From: Octopus bimaculoides
Lineage: Eukaryota
DNA: 42,994 nt
Assembly (NCBI RefSeq): GCF_001194135.2
Contig: NC_068984.1
Coordinates: 107,002,396 to 107,045,389, forward strand
Direction of reading: 5' to 3'
Shown piece after piece: positions 34,421-42,994 of this stretch (its first letter is position 1; each line of letters starts with the position of its first letter). A model generated the notes under the pieces. It was not told the origin of the DNA and did not search any database. It saw only the letters and a list, made by a program, of their open reading frames with translations. The translations under genes were made by a program, and so were the position numbers.

Positions 34421-36400
34421 TAAATAGAATAGATACGAATGCGGATTTATTATTATATCTATCTATCTATCTGTCTGTCTGTCCGTCGGTCAGCGTGTGT
34501 GTGTGTGTGTGGGGGGGGGTTAGTTGTCCTTGTGCCAAAATTGGAAAGCAATATGATTTTCAACAATAGCTGTGTACGTGCACAGGTGACTAGAATCGAC
34601 AGCGCTGCTGGATCATCTTTCGTCCCTTTTTGTAGCTTTATGCTAACAACATAACCATTCAATAAATTTACAGGGCATAGTAAACTCACATCGCATCACC
34701 CAGAGTCTTTTGACTTAGTTATTCATGATCAACTACTACTCCAGACGATTAAAATATACTTCAAATGTTCAATCATCTGTAGTTACGTTGCTTATCGCAA
34801 CATAAGAAAATAAGAATCATGAAAACTGCTTTAGAGACTCAGTCTTGAAATTAAAGCTATTTCTCTAAACCCAAATTTTTATTAAATATTTCATATTTCA
34901 ATCATGAATGACAAATAACTAATACATTTGTTCTGATTCACTCCAAAACTTTTGATTAAACAATTCATGTAGAATACCTCTTATATAAAAATGATATATT
35001 AATGCATTTCATCTCCTTAATAGGAAGCAAATTTCTTTTTAAAAAATATAAATTACATTGTGTTCGTGATATTATTTTTCTGTTAATGTGAACTTTACTT
35101 TTCCTTTCTTGTCTTCGTTACTCAGTGCAATAAACTGACATGTTTATTAAAAACCCACTACATGTGTAGATGTAATATCAGTTTGAAACAGAACTACGAG
35201 CTTCACCTCAAATTTGATGTTGTTTCGTAGCGTGTGAATATGTAAATTTATTCACTTTAGTTGTTCTCTCTTCTCCATAAAGGGGGATAGATTGGCTTCT
35301 ACATTAAGTTATAAAAATAAACACAATTCTTTTACGAAATCATTTATTGAAAATATGTTTATTTTAAACAGAATCTATAATCACCAAAGCGCCACGTAGT
35401 CAAAAATATTAGGAAACTCTGCTTTAGAGAAAAATTAACATTAAACATGATAGATATTTACACTCTTTTCATGTTAAACGAGCTAATATACGATGTAGGA
35501 TAGGCACTTCAGATCTAGTCTATAGGGAGTTTTCTACCATCTATATTTAGTTTAATTATTGTAATAAATATTTAATCATAAGTTACATTTAAATTCACAA
35601 CTGTTTTAAAATCTCCAGAGAACTCTTGGTTAATATTCAAATATAGACAAATTAGATGAGACATGTAACTCACTGATCCGGAATTTAAATCTGTGGCATG
35701 TGTTTCTTTGAGTCGGTAGATAAATCAATAATGCTCACATGTACCAATATGTAGAATTTACAAGTAGTATCAGGCGTTCCGAGAATGCTAACTGCAATTA
35801 AATAAGTTATATTTCATTAAAAATATATAATTAACGTATGGCATAAATTATTCTACAGCCTTATGAGGTGATGTGAATTCGAAAATGCCTTTTATCACTG
35901 CCTAGATCGCATACATTATAGCTTATATAATTTATTATGTTGAATATAGTTTAGATAGGGGTATGCGATGCTTGGATGTCTATCCTGATTACACTACACA
36001 TCTACAAGAACTTTCTTCCAACAAAACTGTTAATGACACTCTCTCATACACGAAAACATTATGATTTATGGATGCTTAGTAGATTAGACAAAAGTATGAA
36101 AATCTGTGCAAATTTGTGTATTGTATACTGTTCAGAAATGAATTAGCAGCGTCGATTAATCGAATTAGTTCTTATTATTAATAGATACCAACTACAATGG
36201 TGCTTGTAAACAGTTGGCTTAGAGATACGGCTAATGCTGGCCGGATGAAATCATCAATTTTGGAACGAGGTTCCTTAAGGATTTTTTCAGGAATATTATG
36301 TTATAAACTTCTCCAGTATTTCTTTTTTCTTTTCAAACTATACATATATACATTGAAAAGAATTTATTTCAGAATATATATAATATTCAGAATAATAAAA

Positions 36401-36535
36401 TATTCTTTTCTACTCTAGGCACAAGGTCTGAAACTTTTGGGGAGTGGGCCAGTCGATTAGTTCGACTCCACTACGCAACTGGTACTTAATTTATCGATAC
36501 CGAAAGGATGAAAGGCAAAGTCGAGCTCGGCAGAA
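36401..36535 (-). mobile_element. tRNA-derived SINE, 5'-truncated
   Basis: Same tail and core as 30521-30680. Confidence 0.88.
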
Positions 36536-36989
36536 GAAGAATAAGATATTATTAAAGTGATTTATGTGATAGATGCCTGATATCTATATTTTAAACTCTT
36601 GGAAGACACGCAAACCAAAAATAATTTACACCAACATTAACATAGCTACAGACATTTAGTTGTTGTGTATCTAATATTAACATACAGATTCCAATGTACA
36701 TTTGCTTTTCAGAAAGGTGAATAATTCAGATTTCGTTCGCAACGCCTTTGGTCAATGTTACTTTGTTTGCAAGAACGTTTCATAAACTCTCTGAACATTC
36801 TCACACATCTGAAATTGTAGCCCAGATATATGCACATGCAACATCATCAAATGACTAATTCAAAATCATTGAGGTAGATACTTTCTTACTTTATCCCTCA
36901 AATGTTTATTCTATTGTTTCTAGTTTCTGTTTTTAACTGAGAGATAGTTTTACTCAGAGAACTTTAATATATCATTGATTTTACAGTGA

Positions 36990-37075
36990 TAGCTCGTGGT
37001 TTAGAAACTCTCTTCGTAACAATGCGGTCGTGGGTTCGTTTACCTGCTGCAACATATTGGGCAACAGTCATCGAC
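36990..37075 (+). mobile_element. Degenerate SINE head fragment (second family)
   Basis: gtggtttagaaac...gtgggttcg (A/B-box-like), followed by ttgggcaa. Confidence 0.4.
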
Positions 37076-37125
37076 CAGTTTTGAGAATTACATTTTATTA
37101 AAAAATATTCTGCGTACTTGTCGTA

Positions 37126-37346
37126 TACGAGGGGGTCTGAAAAGTTCTTGGCTTTCAAATTATCGCGAAAGGCTTAGTTGAAGGCCCAACCTTCCGTATT
37201 CTTTTGCAGGGCTTGGAAAAACTCAGGGACTGCAGCAATAAATGTGTGAATCTGAGAGGGGAATATGTTAAATAAAATTCTAATTAATTGTTCCTCCTGT
37301 ATGTTCTTTTACTCAAAGCCAGGAACTTTCACACCCACTTTGTGTA
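37126..37346 (+). mobile_element. Mariner-derived MITE (~220 bp)
   Basis: TIRs TA|CGAGGGGGTCTGAAAAGTTCTTGGCTTT and AAAGCCAGGAACTTT-CACACCC. The interior encodes GLEKLRDCSNKCVNLRGEYVK*, the mariner transposase C-terminus. Confidence 0.85.
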
Positions 37347-37349
37347 TGT

Positions 37350-37351
<2 letters not shown>

Positions 37352-37398
<47 letters not shown>
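37352..37398. repeat. (GT)n microsatellite
   Basis: Direct inspection. Confidence 0.95.
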
Positions 37399-37400
<2 letters not shown>

Positions 37401-39473
37401 TGCGTGTGTGTATATGTGTATGTGTAGGTGAAAACGTTTACCGACTACCGTGAGTGACTACAGTTCTCGTGTTCAACATTTACTGTTTTGCAATCACTTG
37501 TATACCCTCTTGTTAATCCAAATCTTGAACAAGTTAAATGCAGCGAAATCATAGAAGGGGCTAGATCTACACCGCTGTATTTGAGATATTATGACAGAAA
37601 ATTGATTGGGTCAAAAAAAGTTGTGTTGCCGAGTGGGAAAGTAACACATAAGTACAATTTCTAGGTATTGTGGTTTTCTTATTTCTTTATTTTTGTTTTA
37701 ATTACGCATAAATGAACGATTTCACAAAGAACGTCATTCCGTAAAACTCGTGAAACATACAGTAGAATAAAAACGTATGAGAAAAATGAGGTCCAATCGG
37801 GAAAAGGTTGACACCTTTTAATTTATTATAAAGGAAGCAGACAAAATGGTAATTTTTTATGTCAAATTTATGCAAATTTGAGGAACTCATATTAAATGTA
37901 TATGAATTTATTAAAGTTATTTGTCTTGGTAGTGAAACAATTACCAAGAATATTTCAAATATCAAATACCGAGCTTGATAAATGTTTTTTGTTTTTGTTT
38001 TGTGTTTTGTATCTAATGGTTAAAATTTAAATGCCAAATAGATTGCAATTCGATATAAAATACTGACTTGCACGGTTTTTGAAAATATTTTAACATTTTT
38101 GAAATTTGAAATCAATGTTATTAGAAACAAATCACGTATATCAATTTTATTTATAGCTGAGTTTATTACTTATAAGATACATTTTTAATTATTTTCGCTT
38201 TAGCAGAGATAGAATATGAACATAGTTTGTATTCAAGAATTTGCTTTTCTTTTTTTGGTTGAAGTACTCAAAATATCTTTAGGTTTCTATACTGAGGTTA
38301 TGTTGTAGAGAAATCTCTGTTTTCAGAAATTCTGCAAAATTTCATAAATTGGGAAAATAATAAGGATCACTTCTGCGGAAAATAGTAGTGGCATTTTCAG
38401 TAGGTTAAGAATTCTAGAGTGCATAAATTAAGCTACACATTGTAGTTCCAAATATAAATGTTAGCTCTTTGCTATGCAGTCTTTTGAATCTATGCTATCA
38501 TGATTTAATTAACTTAATTAATTAGCATTATCGTATCCAGAACACTGTTGACCTTAATTGAGATAGGGTGCCTAGTGACACTGGACAACTTTTCATGATC
38601 ATGCAATAATGAGTGAACGTCAAAGTCTTGATTATGATAACGGTTTGAAACATAATGTTGGCGACTCAGACATAAATATCAATAATTTTAAGGTTATAAT
38701 TTGTATGTTGATATATTAATGTTAGATTCTTTATGAACCTGGATCTTATTGAGGGCAGTTTTGAAGATGTTATTTAACATCATTTATTGCAGTGTTCGTT
38801 TTCAAAAGGCTAACTGGAGAAATAAGAAGTCCTTGTGCAACATTTTAGTAAGGGCGTTTTTTTTTCCTCTTCTCATATCACTTTCTCAATCATTTATGCT
38901 GGATCTGAGGAAGATATACCGTTTTGTACACATTGGAACAGGAAAGTTTGTTGGTCAAGTTGTATAAAAATCATGGGTGTTTGGGAAGAAAGAGTTTCAG
39001 TGTAATGATAACCCAAACCTTTGTCACTAGTGAGAATTTTAGTTTTAATTTTCAGTGGAAGAAAGGTAGAAAATGTCACAGAAGTATCGACTTGAATCTA
39101 CGACGAAGGAAAAATCAAAAGCTGTGACAAATAAAAAATAAATTTTAAATGATTATATTAAAAAATTTATTAAGGATTTAGTGTCCATATTAAAAGATAT
39201 CATTTTTCTAATTGATAGCGAAATAAAATAATTATTTATTTATTCCAACATAAATTATTTATTCCAATATAATCATTTAATGGAATTCAGCATAAGAATT
39301 TAATCATTACTAAATTTATTATATGAGAAAATATTTATTTTTCTTTAAATCACTTTAAAATTAATTATTTGCATTAGAAGATTGATGGACCAAAAATAAA
39401 CTATAAAATATTTTTTTAACATGTGAAAATGATACAAAAGTTAGTTTCGGGTCTGGCAGTATATCTATACACC

Positions 39474-39634
39474 TTATATAACCGTTGGCTGTTCTTCTGC
39501 TGGCTTTTCTTTTTTATTTTTATCTTTTCTGAAAATTTTGTTCATTATTATGCCTGGATGCGCCAAGGACCGGCCTTCGAAGGTACTATGGGACAACGTT
39601 GAAGATATCTTCGAGCTAGCATTCTGATTCCGGG
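39474..39634 (-). CDS. Candidate terminal coding exon of an unidentified host gene
   Basis: GC-richer island in very AT-rich DNA with an acceptor TTTCGTTTATCTTGAAAG| and an open frame (A)RNQNASSKISSTLSHSTFEGRSLAHPGIIMNKIFRKDKNKKEKPAEEQPTVI*. AATAAA lies downstream (39334-39339). No homology recognised. Confidence 0.3.
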
Positions 39635-40406
39635 CTTTCAAGATAAACGAAACTAATAAAAACATTTAAAAAAGTTTAATTCTAATTTCAGCCTCAATAT
39701 TTTAAATTTAACTGATGAAATAAGTGCATCCTCATTGCCGACAAACGAAGATATAATATATGTGTGTGTGAGAGAGATCATTTATGAGAGTATTTATGTA
39801 CATATGTATACGTGAGTACATAAACATAAAAATGCACGCACGCTATGTGTTTCAGTGTGTTTCTATGTTTGCGTGATTTTTGTTTGTGTGAGTGTGTGCC
39901 TAATTATCAGTTACTTCTCTTTCCACCGGTCAGACTTTGTTTTTCCGTTTTCCTAGGAAGTCTATAAAATACATACAGCGCAAAGCACTGAGATAAATAT
40001 AATCAAATAAGAACCTTGAAGCTGCTGTATCAGATTGACTGAGTCAGATTATCAACGCCAGTAAAACAATAAAAGAAGAACATAATGCTCATAGTTAAAG
40101 CGCCAATCTGTTTTCTATTCACAGTTGACGCAAATTCAATTACGCATGAAAGGCATGAACGACGCATAATTTTAAATTCTCTTTCCTTCTGCTTACACAG
40201 TGTAAGTAAGAATACAATGAAAATGGTTTCAGAATATAATATTATTTCTCAAAACTATACCTACTTGCGTTATACAAGAGTCAGGCAAAAGTTTATAAAT
40301 GAATATACGATAATCTAAAGAAAACTCATAAAGATTTCAAATAAAATAGAATGCAAAAAGAAAACACTAATTAGACTCCACTGATATATCTTGCATCTTT
40401 TCTTTA

Positions 40407-40452
40407 ACTTATTTCAGTCATTGAACTGCGGTCATGTCGGAGTACCACCTGG
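40407..40452 (-). mobile_element. 3' tail fragment of the second SINE family
   Basis: Minus strand GGTGGTACTCCGACATGACCGCAGTTCAATGACTGAAATAAG matches the tail of 42280-42590. Confidence 0.75.
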
Positions 40453-40469
40453 AACTACCATTTCCAGGA

Positions 40470-41900
40470 ATATAATTGTACACTATCAACAGTTCGCCGT
40501 TTGAATGTGTATTCCCAATTACGTGTGCATGTTCACGAACGGATTTTTAAATCAAATCTAAGTGTCACGAATGTTTCTTTGAAATAGTACTGGACTAGAA
40601 GAAGACGTTCCTTCATCTTTAGATTTCGTCAATTCAACGACTGAAATACTTTTACACTCAGGGCTGAGCAATCTTCATTAGAAATTATATAAGATGTTTT
40701 ATTTTAACTCTCTTAATTCAAGAAATCTAGCTTGAAACTATTGTGCTATGGCCTTTAGAATGTCTATAAACTTTTGTGTATCCTTCAAAAACCTTGCAGC
40801 TAGTTCCTTCAAAATATCGCTTCACCTTTTCGAATTAATTGGAAGTTTTACGTTCTAAACCATGTTGAAATAAGTGAAATAAGTTGATTTTATTCTCGAA
40901 ACCGTTGATGAAACCAAATATCACGTCAACAGATTTCCCAAAGCATTGCAGCTTAATACGAAATTCATTCAGATAATGCAATGAATCGTGAAAAGCAAAT
41001 TTACCGAGTCAAACAAAATCATTTAGCTGAGAACAATCATGCTGCAAGCTTCTGATATCTAAAAATAGATTTCCATTTAGCATTCAAGAGGTCGATATGG
41101 TCAGCAAACGCCACCATCTTAAACCATTGTAGATAGGTAAATCACTATAAGTTGATTCAATTTCGTTTAAAAGTAAATTAAATTCCCTTTGATAGAAAGC
41201 CCTAGTAGCTATCAAACTGATATTCTCCATCACAAAAGGCACTTCATAGAAATCCTTAAAGCCTACTTTTACGCACAGAATATCTTGGTGTGCGATACAA
41301 CAGGAGACAAAAACAATAGGTGGTCAACTGATTCTATAATTCTTGTTATAAAACCATTTGATCTCAACATATTTTGACTACATCTGTTGTAAACGAAAAC
41401 ACATTTTGATAAATCTGTTTTTATGAAACATCTTAACACAGAGTCTAATGGCTGTTTCCGGTGCATTCTAAGTCAAATTCACTAACTCAATTAATTACTC
41501 ATGAATAAAATCTCCTTGAAATGTTATTGCAGTATAGCTAATCAAGCAGATCAAGTAATATTAAAACTCCTATCTAAATGAATAGGATAAAAACTGAAAA
41601 ATGTAAGTATCTAAATATCTTCTGAACTTAATTTTTTTTATTGTTAGCATTTTGTATTTAAATAATAGTTTTGTTTATTACTGACTCATTCGCACACTTC
41701 ATAATAGTGATTTATGGAGTTCAACGAATACATATAATGCACGGTTAACAAAATCTTCGTGAATAAACTTACCAGCATTTAGTGATATTTTGAGATCAAT
41801 AGCTTATGATGTCCTATCACTGCCAACGACTAAGCTGGAAAGCCTGCAAGAATCTAATAAGGGTCAGTAAATACGAACTACTGGTACTTTGAATTAAATT
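40470..41900 (-). mobile_element. Degenerate hAT (Charlie/GTF2IRD2-like) transposase remnant
   Basis: Minus strand, with frameshifts: FTTD..QNM..NGF, SHTKIFCA, IATRAFYQREFNLLLNEIESTYSDLPIYNGLRW, LGKFAFHDSLHYLNEFRIKLQCFGKSVDVIFGFINGFENKINLF, FQARFLELRELK. These follow the order of Charlie-family motifs (TDG, HCIIH, VRW, LNxLNxKLQG). Ends are approximate and no TIRs were identified. Confidence 0.75.
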
Positions 41901-42279
41901 GCATTTTTAAATTCCCAGTTTTACTCACAGCTAGCTTTTTACATAATAGAGAAAGACCTTTATAATTACGCTTTAATTTTGTGGTAATTTTTAGAGAGAG
42001 TTTATACGATTGCATTTGGATTCAGAAAACAAGAACGAAATTATTGAAGATAATACTAAAATTATGTATTTGTCATGTCATGTTATTTTGCGTGAGTAGT
42101 TAATGAGGAGCTGCTAATTTGCTAATTTGTAAGAGACATCTTATTTATGGGTTGTAACGTAAAGTGCTATATCATTAAACATCATTAGAAAATGCAATTG
42201 GTTTAGAGTAATAAGTTCAATTTTCAAAATTCTTTGTGAAGGTTTGTGAAATTTAGTAGTATAATATTATTTTTGTGTT

Positions 42280-42590
42280 ACTTGTTTCAGTCATTAAACT
42301 GCGACCATGCTGTCCATGCTGGGGCATCACCGTGAAGAGTTTTAGTTGAACGAATCGACCGCGCCATATTTTTTAAGCGTGGTACTTATTCTATTGATTT
42401 TATTCTGTCGAGGTTACGGGAGCGTAAACGCATCGACGACGGTTATCAAACGGTGATGTGGAGTAAAACCTAACACAAACACACACACAAGTGCACACAC
42501 ACAGAGGCATACGCATATATACATGTATATATATATATATATATATAGGTGAGAAAGTTGGTATGTGAAAGCATGTGGTTGGATGTATAA
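42280..42590 (-). mobile_element. Second SINE family (internal CA/TA microsatellite, CR1-like tail), diverged
   Basis: cttgtttcagtcatt...gcgaccatgc(tgtccatgc)tggggcatcacc tail, gaatcgacc / ggtacttattctat core, gttacggg.gcgtaaac, then a CA/TA tract and a short head remnant (catgtggttgg, ~42572). Confidence 0.75.
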
Positions 42591-42794
42591 AAGATAATAA
42601 GAGTGAAAAAATTACAGAAGGCTTATGTTACATGGTTAAAGTATGTATTTAAATTATGTCAGAAAAATGTTATAAAATTTTTTTGGTATATAAACATTGT
42701 ATTTGGAGAAATAACCGGTTTCGTGTTGTCTTTTCAAATTTCTCTACTTCATTGTAACATGTGTTCGCTCCAATCTGAAAAGAAGAGTTCTAGA

Positions 42795-42994
42795 TAGGGG
42801 GAGGTAATTAGGGATTTCTTCCGGTATAAGGGAGATAATCGAAATCTAGGAGGTGGTAGAATTTGATTAATTTACCATGGTTTTGTTCTATACTTTTTTC
42901 CCTCTCAGTGGGGTGATGAATTTCCTTATTTAAATGTGTTAGCAATGGTTAAGTTTGGGTTTGTATTTTTGAATGAAAAAGGTTTCCTTATTTA
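42795..42994 (-). mobile_element. Penelope-like element, GIY-YIG endonuclease C-terminus and 3' flank (runs off window)
   Basis: Minus strand NKETFFIQKYKPKLNHC* (stop 42939-42941) matches the E-xx-F-I-xx-F/Y-K-P-x-L-N end of Penelope endonucleases. Confidence 0.65.

Noticed and set aside
34560-34710. Cluster of TTTAT/CAATAAA/GTAAA homeodomain-like sites (similar cluster at 9550-9800)
   Set aside because: Expected by chance at this AT content, and there is no conservation data to support an enhancer.
39618-39640. miR-993-like TTCCGGGCTTT
   Set aside because: The seed region does not match (no ACCCTGTA) and there is no complementary arm.
39960-40045. TATAAAA plus TGAGTCA (AP-1-like) as a plus-strand promoter
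   Set aside because: Short motifs in AT-rich DNA with no supportable downstream exon or ORF.
40560-40630. MKERLLLVQYYF as a mariner-type N-terminus
   Set aside because: It lies collinear with, and is better explained as, the degenerate C-terminal part of the hAT remnant.

Overview
AT-rich, microsatellite-dense animal genomic DNA with five N gaps (763-819, 13925-14175, 15444-15485, 21657-21870, 22585-22783), mostly at simple repeats. The repeat families look like those of Octopus or another coleoid cephalopod; this is an inference from SINE and LINE types, not a database result. I can support no complete host gene. The window is mostly decayed transposons. Non-LTR elements: a head-to-tail stack of R4/Dong-type (restriction-like endonuclease) elements punctuated by (TTA)n/(GTA)n arrays at 1.5-6.7 kb, three further R4 fragments, a 5'-truncated but well-preserved RTE-BovB-like LINE (18.8-21.5 kb), an old RTE-type LINE (32.7-34.4 kb) and a CR1/L2-group 3' end (15.3-15.65 kb). 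Penelope-like remnants include three minimal hammerhead ribozyme motifs in the first 530 bp. DNA transposons: a near-full-length Chapaev3 (27.0-29.2 kb), a Charlie-like hAT remnant (40.5-41.9 kb), a Tc1 remnant and a mariner-derived MITE. About ten copies or fragments of tRNA-derived SINEs are present. Unexplained structures: a foldback element whose arms contain microsatellites (22.4-23.0 kb), a perfect 28-bp inverted repeat (18048-18110), an A-B-A-B box array with polypurine spacers (24.3-24.6 kb), a cadherin-like peptide relic (11.4 kb) and a candidate terminal coding exon on the minus strand (39474-39634). Most ORFs in the supplied track are artefacts of microsatellites, gaps or antisense reading of transposons.
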